From Deinococcales bacterium (GTDB taxonomy: Bacteria; Deinococcota; Deinococci; Deinococcales; JAAFIG01): a stretch of 43,533 bases of DNA. This document shows positions 30,543-40,023 of this stretch, one piece after another; the first letter of the stretch is position 1, and every line of letters begins with the position of its first letter. The notes under the pieces were generated by a model, which was not told where the DNA came from, did not search any database, and was given only the letters and a program-made list of their open reading frames with translations. The stretch covers positions 1-43,533 of the forward strand of contig JAYWGM010000011.1 of assembly GCA_043778225.1 (NCBI GenBank), given 5' to 3'. Both the position numbers and the translations under genes were made by a program.

Positions 30543-31646
30543 ATGCAAATTATTCACAACTGCCACACCCACATTTTTACAACTGACCATGTACCAGATC
30601 GGGTTTTGCCGTTTGGGGCTGTTGGCTGGCTACAAAATGAAAGCTCAGCAAAACGCTTGCGTGGTGTACTTCGAGCCATTGACCCATTCGCCAGTTTTTG
30701 GTATCGCACATTTGGTAATCCAGACCGTACAGGTTTACTTGCTCGGTTTGGCTCAATGCTAGAGTTAAGTGATAGCCGTACACAAGGCGGAATCTTTGAG
30801 CGATTAGCGTTACAATACCCATCAGGAACACGTTTTATAGCACTTTCTATAGATATGGATTACATGGGAGCAGGAGCAGTCAAAAAACCATTTCTCGAGC
30901 AGATAAAAGAATTAGCAATCCTTAAAAAGCAAATCGGTAACACACTCATTCCTTTTATTGGCATAGACCCAAGACGAGAAAACATTCTCGAGTTGGTCAA
31001 AGAATACATCGAAGAACATAACTTTGGCGGACTGAAACTCTACCCTTCGCTTGGTTTCTTTCCCAACGACCCAAAGCTCTACCCTGTGTATGATTACGCA
31101 ATTGCAAAAAATTTACCTATCATCACCCACTGCGGACGTGGTGGACTGCACTTTCATGGAGAACCACAACACACTGTTAATCTCGAGGGACAAAAACTTT
31201 ACGGCAGGAACAACACCGAATTTGCTTGGAATTACACCAACCCACAAGCCTACGTTCGATTACTCCAAGATTTCAAAACCCTAAAACTATGCTTTGGGCA
31301 TTTTGGCGGCGATGCAGAATGGAAATTGTACTTACGCGACCATCAAAGACGTTTACCTGTAGTCACGCAATCATGGGGTTCACAAATCATGAACTTCATG
31401 CACGATTACGAGAATGTCTGGACAGATATTTCGTACACAGCCGCGTCTCGAGAATTACATCCTTTGATAAAAGTTTTGATTAACGACCCGAAAATAGGTG
31501 ACAGGATTTTATTTGGTTCTGATTTCTTTGTTGTTCGTGCAGAAAGCTCTGAGCGTGAATTTTCTATACGGTTAAGAGGTGCATTAGGAGAGGAGGATTA
31601 TTGGAAAATTGCAATGACACACCCGATAAAATTCTTACTTGATTGA
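30543..31646 (+). CDS. Amidohydrolase family (TIM-barrel metal-dependent hydrolase)
   Basis: CHTH, GLKLYP, ITHC, GHFG, TDISY, ILFGSDF. Confidence 0.88.
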   Translation: MQIIHNCHTHIFTTDHVPDRVLPFGAVGWLQNESSAKRLRGVLRAIDPFASFWYRTFGNPDRTGLLARFGSMLELSDSRTQGGIFERLALQYPSGTRFIALSIDMDYMGAGAVKKPFLEQIKELAILKKQIGNTLIPFIGIDPRRENILELVKEYIEEHNFGGLKLYPSLGFFPNDPKLYPVYDYAIAKNLPIITHCGRGGLHFHGEPQHTVNLEGQKLYGRNNTEFAWNYTNPQAYVRLLQDFKTLKLCFGHFGGDAEWKLYLRDHQRRLPVVTQSWGSQIMNFMHDYENVWTDISYTAASRELHPLIKVLINDPKIGDRILFGSDFFVVRAESSEREFSIRLRGALGEEDYWKIAMTHPIKFLLD

Positions 31647-31707
31647 TGATTCTATGTTATTCTGGTAAGTCTATGCACTAGCTATCTCTATGAATTTAGG
31701 AGTCAAA

Positions 31708-33765
31708 ATGAATGATTTGCCCCGCGAATTAATTTCTGATGTTCCCTTAGAATTCTCTTCAAAATCAGATGAGCAAGTTAAAAAAATAGACCAATTAAAA
31801 AGAACAGAGTTAATTAAGCATTTGTATAATTTGGTAATAGACAATCAGTCAAAAAATTCCATTTGCATTGGAATTATTGGTCCTTGGGGTTCTGGTAAAA
31901 CCAGTTTACTTAACCATTTAAAATATCTAGTCGAAACAAAATATCTAGTCGAAGAAGAAAGTCAGAAAAAACCAATTATAGTTGAATTTAACCCTTGGAG
32001 TTTAACAAACAAAGAAAATATTTTAAAGCAATTTTTGCACAGAATTAGCGAAGTTTTGATTCAAAATGATTTTACTCAACATGACTCAACACAGTCTGAT
32101 ACTTCAAATATTAGCGGTAAAACTCAAGTTAATCCACCTAAACCTGGTTTGCTTGGTGGAACGAGAATTGATAAACAACTCTGGAGTAAATTAGTTTTAT
32201 TGGTTGAAAATTCAGATAGAGCAAAGGAAAAAATAGGCTCGACCCTCAAAATTATTAGTGACTTTATTGGTAAAGTTTCTAGTGATGACACGCCAAAGTT
32301 AAATCTTATTTCTGGTGCAATTGGAGCTTTAGCTACGCTCGTTGGTCACGGTCTAACAGTAGATGAAGTACGCAGTAGGCTCAAAGAATTATTGGCTAAA
32401 ATCGAGCAACCTATTTGGATATTTATTGATGACATTGATCGGTTAGAACCGGAGTTTGCTCGACAGATTATTGCGTTAGTTAAATCTGTTGTGGATTTGC
32501 CAAATACATTCTATTTCATACCGTTTGATTCGTTAATGCTGGCAAAAGCCTTTTCTATTAGCGATCAAGTGGAAGCTGATGCGTATTTGTCCAAACTCAT
32601 TCAGATTCCAGTTTATTTGCCAGAACCTAGTAAAGAAGATTTGAGTAAAATTTTTTATGAAGAAATTGAGAGAATTTATAATAAAACAGAAAATGGAATC
32701 AAATTATTTGATGATGCGACAATTGACAAAGAAAAAATAAATCAGGTTTTTCAAGAAATAAAACCTCTTCTTTCTAATGTTAGGCAAATAAAAAGATTTT
32801 CTAACAGCTTAGCGTTGGTTGAGAATTTTTTGCAATCGCAAGTAGATTATCGTGATTTATGGCGACTTGAAGCAATTAAGGTAGTTTATCCAAGCATTTT
32901 TTCAAAAATATTTGTGAATGTCGATCTATTTACATGGAAAGATTCAATTTACGAGATTAATTATGAATCTCAAGATAAAGAGCTTCAAAAAAATATAGAT
33001 GAAATGGTTGAAAATCTTGATTTAGATTTAAAAAATTCAATGCAAAAGCTATTTAATAAAATTTTTCCAAGATTGGATAAAATAATTATTGAATTAGATA
33101 GTTTATCCAAAAAATTCGCTCGTCATAAGAGTATTCTAGAATCTTATTTGAATTTAACTAAGTTTTCTTCAGATAAAATTGCTTATGTTTCTTTATTAAC
33201 AGGAGATAATGCAGACAATAATTTTTCTAGAACACTTAAAGAATTATTTGAACAAGAACCGTTAAAAGTTATTTTTTTAATAAAAGAAATAAAAAACAAA
33301 TGGCAAAGCGACAGTTTTTTACTTGGAGGTGATACGATTTTGCGAATAATCTTTCAATCATGTGATAATTGGATGATTGAATTAAGCAAATCTTCAGAAA
33401 AAAATGGATTTTGCGAGGCAATGTATAGCTCAATAGAAGATTTATTTGATTCTTGGCACAATACCAAGTCAAGTGACACAAGTATAGTAAATAATTATTT
33501 AACCCCTTGGTTTAATAATTCACCTATTGTGTTTGGATCAATCATATTTAATTTATACGGGCAACATAGTAATATTTTAGATAGTATTACTAGTAACACT
33601 TTTGAAAACAAATTTAAAGATATACAGTATATAAAAATCCCTAACTTACATTTGTATAGATGGCTTCAAGAAGTTATGGAAAAAAGAACAATTTCTAGAA
33701 ATGATCTCGAAAGCACGAACGGTAAGTATTATACGCAATTTCAAACGCAGTTAAGCAGCACATGA
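31708..33765 (+). CDS. KAP family P-loop NTPase
   Basis: GPWGSGKTS Walker A, VEFNPW, IFIDDIDRL Walker B, YLSKLIQIPVYLP, NVRQIKRFSN; very AT-rich; SD AGGAG (alternative start 31690). Confidence 0.9.
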   Translation: MNDLPRELISDVPLEFSSKSDEQVKKIDQLKRTELIKHLYNLVIDNQSKNSICIGIIGPWGSGKTSLLNHLKYLVETKYLVEEESQKKPIIVEFNPWSLTNKENILKQFLHRISEVLIQNDFTQHDSTQSDTSNISGKTQVNPPKPGLLGGTRIDKQLWSKLVLLVENSDRAKEKIGSTLKIISDFIGKVSSDDTPKLNLISGAIGALATLVGHGLTVDEVRSRLKELLAKIEQPIWIFIDDIDRLEPEFARQIIALVKSVVDLPNTFYFIPFDSLMLAKAFSISDQVEADAYLSKLIQIPVYLPEPSKEDLSKIFYEEIERIYNKTENGIKLFDDATIDKEKINQVFQEIKPLLSNVRQIKRFSNSLALVENFLQSQVDYRDLWRLEAIKVVYPSIFSKIFVNVDLFTWKDSIYEINYESQDKELQKNIDEMVENLDLDLKNSMQKLFNKIFPRLDKIIIELDSLSKKFARHKSILESYLNLTKFSSDKIAYVSLLTGDNADNNFSRTLKELFEQEPLKVIFLIKEIKNKWQSDSFLLGGDTILRIIFQSCDNWMIELSKSSEKNGFCEAMYSSIEDLFDSWHNTKSSDTSIVNNYLTPWFNNSPIVFGSIIFNLYGQHSNILDSITSNTFENKFKDIQYIKIPNLHLYRWLQEVMEKRTISRNDLESTNGKYYTQFQTQLSST

Positions 33766-33949
33766 CAAATTATCGCCAGCAGGGGCTTGGATTTGTGTGC
33801 TGCCGCTTTGAGCCAGCCTTGCCGCACGATCATTACTCTCGAGTACCTTTTAATCATTCCCAACGGCAAATCCTGTCAATTCTCTCTTAAATAGCGAATG
33901 AAGCCCAAGCACAATTTGCTCTGCTCAAGAATTGGGCTATACTTGCCTA

Positions 33950-34080
33950 GTGCCTGATGCTTTTGATTTTCAACAAGCGAAATTCTCGATTGGGAGTTAG
34001 AACGCATTCACAGGGCTTTAATTCGGGAAGAAATTGACATTACCGACCATGCCACGAAAAGCGGTTCGAGAGTAAATTTC
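33950..34080 (+). pseudogene. Frameshifted, truncated DUF4258-like toxin remnant
   Basis: TATACT + 6 nt + GTG; adding one T near 33967-33970 gives MPDAFDFSTSEILDWELERIHRALIREEIDITDHA, running into the next ORF. Confidence 0.55.
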
Positions 34081-34302
34081 ATGACACCAATTGCCAACGA
34101 AACTCGTACCACCAACGAATACACCACCAAAGATGGTGTACGGGTCGTTATTCATAATGTGCCAACTAAATTTCTTAAAGACGAGTTTGGCACGGAGTAC
34201 GAGTCGCATAGTATCGCAGTTGCGATGCGGCTCGAGGAACTGACCAATAAAGCCCTGAAAATTAGTGCTGTGGCAGGTACAGTTCACAATCTCGAGTTCT
34301 AA
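34081..34302 (+). CDS. YgiT/MqsA-N-like small protein lacking the Cys ligands (putative antitoxin)
   Basis: VVIHNVP...GTEY...VAMRLEEL pattern. Confidence 0.55.
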   Translation: MTPIANETRTTNEYTTKDGVRVVIHNVPTKFLKDEFGTEYESHSIAVAMRLEELTNKALKISAVAGTVHNLEF

Positions 34303-34362
34303 ATTCTCGAGCTAAATTTGGTACTACCTGCTATACTTGTTACTCGAGAAGGTGGTTTTTGT

Positions 34363-34884
34363 ATGAAATTTGAAAAAGAAGCAGCCATTAGCGCTTTGCT
34401 TTACATTTCAGAACGGGTTCGTCATGCAACGTATCACCGTATTGCTAAGGTCATGTACTTTGCCGATTTGCTGCATTTAGAAAAGTATGGGCGGACGATT
34501 TTTGGGGCGGAGTATCGTGCTTATGAATTCGGTCCTGTGCCGCATCAAGTGTACGGGATGCTGAAAGCTGCTGAGAAAAAATCAGAAGGGCAGAGTCTCG
34601 AGGGGGCTTTTCGGGTTTCTCGTTCAGCATCTTCTCCTTTTGTGCAGGCATTAGCTTCAGCTAATTTGGATTATTTGAGTGCTTCGGATATTGAATGCCT
34701 TGACCATGCCATTCAGGTTTGGGGTGAAAAATCCTTTCCTAAAACCACTTTAGCCAGTCATGATGCAGCTTGGGAACAGGCTTGGCGTACCAAACCCAAT
34801 TCCGTAATGCCGTTAGAAAGTATTGTTCTAACGCTCAAAAATGGTTCGCAAGTGCTTCAACACATTAACAACCCGCACCCTTAG
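34363..34884 (+). CDS. Panacea (DUF4065/GepA/SocA) antitoxin
   Basis: KVMYFAD...YGRTI...AYEFGPVP...SHDAAW; SD GAAGGTGG, TATACT upstream. Confidence 0.88.
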   Translation: MKFEKEAAISALLYISERVRHATYHRIAKVMYFADLLHLEKYGRTIFGAEYRAYEFGPVPHQVYGMLKAAEKKSEGQSLEGAFRVSRSASSPFVQALASANLDYLSASDIECLDHAIQVWGEKSFPKTTLASHDAAWEQAWRTKPNSVMPLESIVLTLKNGSQVLQHINNPHP

Positions 34885-34892
34885 AGGCACTT

Positions 34893-35285
34893 TTGTCCGA
34901 ATTTATCAATTTGCTGCAATTTGAGGTTTTCCATTTGTGGTGCGAACAAATGCGCCCAGAAGCCAAATATAAATTGGTGGTCGTGGTTCATGTTGCCCCT
35001 GATTATGTGCTTGGGTTTGTGATTAACTCGAGTCTTAATCAGTTTATTTTGGAACGACCCTATTTGCTGCCTTGTCATGCCGAATTGCTTGGTGTGGAAC
35101 ATCCGCTTTTTTTAACCCATGATTCTTTTGTGGATTGTCAAACGCCGTACACGTTTCCTCGAGTCAATCTACTCGAAGCAAGTCGTCGTGGGGTTTTATG
35201 TGAATCAGCGCAAGTGGCTGTTTTAGAAGCGGTGCGTTTATGTGTGGTTTTGAAACCAGTCCATAAGAAATTGATTCTCGAGTAA
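34893..35285 (+). CDS. Uncharacterised protein, putative Panacea-cognate toxin (possibly PemK/MazF-like fold)
   Basis: TTG start 8 nt after the Panacea stop; KYKLVVVV...INS...FLTHDSFVDC pattern. Confidence 0.6.
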   Translation: MSEFINLLQFEVFHLWCEQMRPEAKYKLVVVVHVAPDYVLGFVINSSLNQFILERPYLLPCHAELLGVEHPLFLTHDSFVDCQTPYTFPRVNLLEASRRGVLCESAQVAVLEAVRLCVVLKPVHKKLILE

Positions 35286-35288
35286 CAA

Positions 35289-35316
35289 AAAACCCCCAGC
35301 CTAAACTGGGGGTTTT
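35289..35316. terminator. Bidirectional terminator downstream of rpoC
   Basis: AAAACCCCCAG / CTGGGGGTTTT. Confidence 0.88.
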
Positions 35317-35330
35317 CTCGAGCTTATTTT

Positions 35331-38300
35331 TTAATCGCTGGCTGCGGCTGGCATTTGGGCTGTTCCTGTCTGTGCAAGGCGCGAAGCGCGGTCGTTGCCC
35401 TCGAGAACTTTCTCGCGCAGGCGGTCGTCCAGAACCTGAATTTCTTTAACTTCGGCAAGCCCCGTTCCGGCTGGAATCAACTTACCAAGAATCACGTTTT
35501 CTTTAAGTCCGATTAACTCGTCCACTTTGCCCGAAATACTGGCTTCGGTCAACACATGGGTGGTGTGTTGGAAACTGGCGGCACTTAACCACGACTTGGT
35601 ACTTAACGCACTCTTGGTAATCCCCATCAGTTTTGGTTTCCAAGAAGCTGGGTTCTTACCAGCCTCCTCGAGCCTGTTGTTCTCGGTTTCAACATCGAAT
35701 TTCTCGAGAACTTGTCCTTCTAAGAATTCCGAGTCGCCTGTATCCTCGAGAATTTCGACATACTTAAACATTTGCTTGACGATCAGTTCAATATGCTTGT
35801 CGTGCAGCTTTACGCCTTGCTGACGGTAAACTTGTTGGATACCATCGACCAAATAGCGCTGGGCGGCTTCGACACCTTTAGAATCCAGCAAGTCTTCTGG
35901 GTTAATCGCACCACGGGTCATGCTTTGTCCAGCTTCGACTTTATCGCCTTCGCGCACCAGCATACGGGTGTTGCGTTCGACTTTGTACTTTTTGGCAATA
36001 TCGTTGTCGGTCACGGTTAGGATAATTTTGTCGCTGCCTTCTTCGTCGGCAATCGAAACGATACCGTCAATTTCGGATAGGGTCGCTTTGACTTTTGGCT
36101 TACGAGCCTCGAAAAGTTCCACAACACGCGGCAGACCGAGGGTGATGTCTTGAGCGCCAGCCACACCACCGGTGTGGAAAGTACGCATGGTCAGTTGTGT
36201 TCCAGGTTCGCCGATGCTTTGCGCCGCAATCACACCAACAGCTTCGCCCTTACTGACCAATTTGGCTTGCGATAAATCAAAGCCGTAACACTTTTGGCAG
36301 ACACCAGCCCGTGTACGGCAGGTAATCGGGCTGCGAACTGCGACACTCGAGACTTCATCGCGGTGCTTTAAGATGTGCTTGACTTCATCGGTGTTCAGTA
36401 AGCGGTTGGCTTCAAAGGTCTGTCCACCAAGCTCGAGGTCAGCCCCAAGATGACGACCATACAAGCCCATTTCAATGTCCGAAGTTTTGCGTGGTTTGCC
36501 GTCGGACTCGAGCAACGGAATACTCAGGTAATCCGAAGTTCCACAGTCTGGTTCACGCACCACAATCTCGTGCGCCACATCGTGCAATTTGCGGGTCAGG
36601 TAGCCAGAGTCGGCGGTGCGAAGGGCGGTGTCCGCGCCACCTTTACGAGCGCCGTGGGTACTGGTGAAATACTCGAGAACGTTCAAGCCCTCACGGAAAT
36701 TGGTGCGGATTGGCAGTTCAATGGTGTCGCCGTTTGGCTTTTGCATCAAGCCACGCATACCCATCAGTTGGCGCAATTGTTGTTTGTTACCACGCGCTCC
36801 CGATTGGCTCATGACATAGAACGGGTTCAGAGGCAAGTTCTTCTCAAAGTTAGCATAGGCAGCGTTGGTCACGTCTTCAGTGGTGTTGGTCCAAAGGGTG
36901 ATTACTTGGCGGTAACGCTCTTCTTCGGTGACCAAGCCCATGTCCGAGTCTTCGTTAATTTTTGCCAGTTCGGCATCGGCTAACTCGAGCAGCCCGACTT
37001 TTTCGACTGGAATCACGGCATCGTCAATACCGACAGTCACACCACTGGTACTGGCGAGCTTAAAGCCAGCCGATTTTAAGGCATCGAGGATATTGGCGGT
37101 TTTTTCAACGCCCATTGTCTTGAAAATATCAATCACCATATCGGTCAATGGGTTCTTGCCATAGGTCGTGCTGAGCGTCACATATTCTCGAGATAGAATA
37201 CTGCCGTCTTCGGTGATGGTTTCGTTGACCATACGGCGGAACAAAGCGCGTCCGGTCGTGGTTTCGACAATTTGCGTCCCACCGACCAAATCAACGCGGA
37301 TTGAAACCGTATCTTGGGTGTCAATTTCGCCGCGATTAACAGCTTGTAGGGCTTCGTCGAGATTCGAGAAGATGTACTTGATTGCACCAGCCGTGGTTTC
37401 TTTGCCAGCCACCAGAATTTTGCTGTTCAAATCGAGTTTATTCTTGTTGAATGCCTCGAGTGCTGCGCTTGGGTCTTTGAATTTCTCGCCAACCCCTTTG
37501 TAGCCCGGACGTGGTTGGGTCAGGGTGTAAATACCCAAAATGATGTCCTTGGCGGGTTTAACGTTTGGTTCGCCGTTGGCGGGCGAAAGCAAATTGTGTG
37601 CCGAGAGCATTTGAATGCGGGCTTCGGCTTGGGCAAACGGCGAGAGCGGAACGTGAATTGCCATCTGGTCGCCGTCAAAGTCGGCATTAAAGGCTTCGCA
37701 GACGAGTGGGTGCAATTGAATGGCTTGACCTTCGACCAAGACTGGCGTAAAGGCTTGGATACCAAGACGGTGCAAGGTTGGAGCGCGGTTCAAGAGTACC
37801 ACTTTGTCTTGAATCACTTCCTCGAGCGCGTCCCAAATTTCGTCGCGGGTATCGCGGTAACGCTCGAGCAACTTACGGGCTTGTTTGATGTTGGTGACAA
37901 CGCCTTTTTCCTCGAGAACCTTGAATAAAAATGGCTTAAATAACTCGAGTGCCATGCGCTTTGGTAAGCCACATTGGTGCAAACGAAGTTGCGGACCGAC
38001 CACAATCACCGAGCGCCCAGAGTAATCCACGCGCTTACCGAGTAAGTTCTGACGGAAACGACCTTGTTTACCACCCAAGAGGTCGGTTAAGGAACGCAAG
38101 GCACGGTCTGAACCGGGGTGGGTAACGGGTGTGCCACGACGACCGTTGTCTATCAGCGCGTCCACGGCTTCTTGTAGCATTCGCTTTTCGTTGCGGACGA
38201 TCATTTCTGGTGCGCCTGTGGTCATCAGCTTTTTAAGGCGGTTATTGCGGTTAATCAAACGACGGTAGAGGTCGTTTAAGTCCGAAGTTGCAAAACGTCC

Positions 38301-39917
38301 GCCATCCACTTGCACCATCGGGCGCAAATCTGGTGGCATGACCGGCACGCTGTCCAAAATCATCCATTCTGGGCGGTTGCCGCTCTTACGGAACGAACGG
38401 GCAACCTCGAGACGCTTACGGGCTTTGGCTCGTTTATGGCGGCTTGGGTTGGTCATTTCGTCGTTCAGTTCAGCTTCGAGCGTCTCGAGAACAATGCCCT
38501 CCAAAAGTTGCTTAATGGCTTCTGCACCCATGCGGGCTTCAAAATCGTAGGCTTCGACCACACGCACTTGTTGGCGCACCAAGTCAATTTCGATTCGACC
38601 ATGAATTTCGGATTTAAGGTTGCCTTTGTCGGCGAGGTCGTCGCCCGGTTCTACACGGTCGCCATTGACCACAATTGGCTCGTCTTCGTATTTGTACAAC
38701 TTAGCTCGAGAAACAATAATGCTGGCGGGTTCTTGGAGCGTTAATGTGCCATCGGCTTCGGCAGTTACTTCTTGGGCTGGGTCAATTGCGCCAATCAAAC
38801 GGTCGCCATTGGCAAATTCTGCGCCGTCGCCAACCAAGACGTGCATTGTTGGGTTGACTTCTAAAATTTTCTCGAGTTTCCAATGCAGGGTCAAGGAAAC
38901 TTCGAGGTTTGCACCACGTTTTTTGCTGCTGACACCATCGGCGCTTGCGCCGCGTGGCATCCGAATCAAATCGCCATTGGCTCGAGCCAGTTCGGTGTCG
39001 GATTCAACACTTTCACCGTCACCAACCATGACTTCAAAGCCCATCGGCACAAACACACGCTCGAGAACTTGTCCATCTTCGGGGTCTTGGACTTCAATTA
39101 AAACACCACCACGGCTGTAACCTTCGCCAAGCTCGGTGATGCTAATTACGCCATCGCGGGCAGCCAAGAGGGTGTGGTCTTCGATGCCGTCGGTAATTTC
39201 TTCTCCAGCCCTGAAAGCCTCGAGTTCGAGGGTAATACCTTTGGGTAAGCTAAATTTAGCTTCGCCTTCACGGGCATACTCGAGCGTGGCTTTGCGTGGA
39301 AAACGGTATTGGGCTACGCCGTCCATTTTAGAAACGACATTGCCGCCAAGTTTTTGTCCTCGAGTCACATATTCGCCGTCGCGCACTTCGGCTTGTGTGC
39401 CGACCTGCAAGGAGTACGTTTCTTGCTTGCCAATGCGTAACTCGCGGTATTCTTCGTCCGAGAGCAGCTCGCCTTTTTTCAGTGGGCGACCATCTTTAAT
39501 TGCGCCTTGTGGGTCGGTGACAATAAACTTACCAAAGTACAAGACTTGCTCGAGTTGCCCAGCGCTCAAGTCAAGCAGCGTACCAATTTTACTTGGAATA
39601 TCTTTGACGTACCAAATGTGGGCAGCGGCAGTTGCCAGTTCAATGTGACCCATGCGGTAACGGCGCACGATACGCTTGGTGACTTCAACCCCGCAGCGCT
39701 CACAGACTTTGCCTTCATAACGCTGACGTTTGTACTTACCACAAGCGCATTCGTAATCCTTTTCGGGTCCGAAAATACGCTCATCAAACAAACCATCACG
39801 TTCTGGTTTGAGGGTGCGGTAATTGATCGTTTCTGGTTTTTCGACTTCGCCATAGCTCCAAGAACGAATTTTCTCAGGGCTGGCAAGTTGGATTTTTACT
39901 TTACTAAAGTCGCGCAT
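35331..39917 (-). CDS. rpoC: RNA polymerase beta' subunit
   Basis: NADFDGDQM, zinc-ribbon Cys, large N-terminal lineage-specific insert. Confidence 0.99.
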   Translation of the reverse strand: MRDFSKVKIQLASPEKIRSWSYGEVEKPETINYRTLKPERDGLFDERIFGPEKDYECACGKYKRQRYEGKVCERCGVEVTKRIVRRYRMGHIELATAAAHIWYVKDIPSKIGTLLDLSAGQLEQVLYFGKFIVTDPQGAIKDGRPLKKGELLSDEEYRELRIGKQETYSLQVGTQAEVRDGEYVTRGQKLGGNVVSKMDGVAQYRFPRKATLEYAREGEAKFSLPKGITLELEAFRAGEEITDGIEDHTLLAARDGVISITELGEGYSRGGVLIEVQDPEDGQVLERVFVPMGFEVMVGDGESVESDTELARANGDLIRMPRGASADGVSSKKRGANLEVSLTLHWKLEKILEVNPTMHVLVGDGAEFANGDRLIGAIDPAQEVTAEADGTLTLQEPASIIVSRAKLYKYEDEPIVVNGDRVEPGDDLADKGNLKSEIHGRIEIDLVRQQVRVVEAYDFEARMGAEAIKQLLEGIVLETLEAELNDEMTNPSRHKRAKARKRLEVARSFRKSGNRPEWMILDSVPVMPPDLRPMVQVDGGRFATSDLNDLYRRLINRNNRLKKLMTTGAPEMIVRNEKRMLQEAVDALIDNGRRGTPVTHPGSDRALRSLTDLLGGKQGRFRQNLLGKRVDYSGRSVIVVGPQLRLHQCGLPKRMALELFKPFLFKVLEEKGVVTNIKQARKLLERYRDTRDEIWDALEEVIQDKVVLLNRAPTLHRLGIQAFTPVLVEGQAIQLHPLVCEAFNADFDGDQMAIHVPLSPFAQAEARIQMLSAHNLLSPANGEPNVKPAKDIILGIYTLTQPRPGYKGVGEKFKDPSAALEAFNKNKLDLNSKILVAGKETTAGAIKYIFSNLDEALQAVNRGEIDTQDTVSIRVDLVGGTQIVETTTGRALFRRMVNETITEDGSILSREYVTLSTTYGKNPLTDMVIDIFKTMGVEKTANILDALKSAGFKLASTSGVTVGIDDAVIPVEKVGLLELADAELAKINEDSDMGLVTEEERYRQVITLWTNTTEDVTNAAYANFEKNLPLNPFYVMSQSGARGNKQQLRQLMGMRGLMQKPNGDTIELPIRTNFREGLNVLEYFTSTHGARKGGADTALRTADSGYLTRKLHDVAHEIVVREPDCGTSDYLSIPLLESDGKPRKTSDIEMGLYGRHLGADLELGGQTFEANRLLNTDEVKHILKHRDEVSSVAVRSPITCRTRAGVCQKCYGFDLSQAKLVSKGEAVGVIAAQSIGEPGTQLTMRTFHTGGVAGAQDITLGLPRVVELFEARKPKVKATLSEIDGIVSIADEEGSDKIILTVTDNDIAKKYKVERNTRMLVREGDKVEAGQSMTRGAINPEDLLDSKGVEAAQRYLVDGIQQVYRQQGVKLHDKHIELIVKQMFKYVEILEDTGDSEFLEGQVLEKFDVETENNRLEEAGKNPASWKPKLMGITKSALSTKSWLSAASFQHTTHVLTEASISGKVDELIGLKENVILGKLIPAGTGLAEVKEIQVLDDRLREKVLEGNDRASRLAQTGTAQMPAAASD

Positions 39918-39942
39918 TGAATCTCCTTCGGAGGAAGAACTT

Positions 39943-40023
39943 AGGTTAAAAGGTCAAAGGGTTAAAAGGTCAAAGCGAAACTGTTTTTACTTTTAACCTT
40001 TTTGCCTTTTCTACTTTTTACCT
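39943..40023. repeat. Octamer inverted-repeat array between rpoB and rpoC
   Basis: AGGTTAAAAGGTCAAAGGGTTAAAAGGTCAAAG ... TTTTTACTTTTAACCTTTTTTGCCTTTTCTACTTTTTACCT. Confidence 0.8.

Noticed and set aside
33770..33910. Minus-strand HicA/MazE-like fragments (FIRYLREN*, DLPLGMIKR, RQGWLKAA)
   Set aside because: Only a few residues of resemblance; could be chance.
38560..39430. Large insert in RpoC as an intein or novel domain
   Set aside because: No intein splice motifs; it matches the known lineage-specific beta' insertion of Thermus/Deinococcus.
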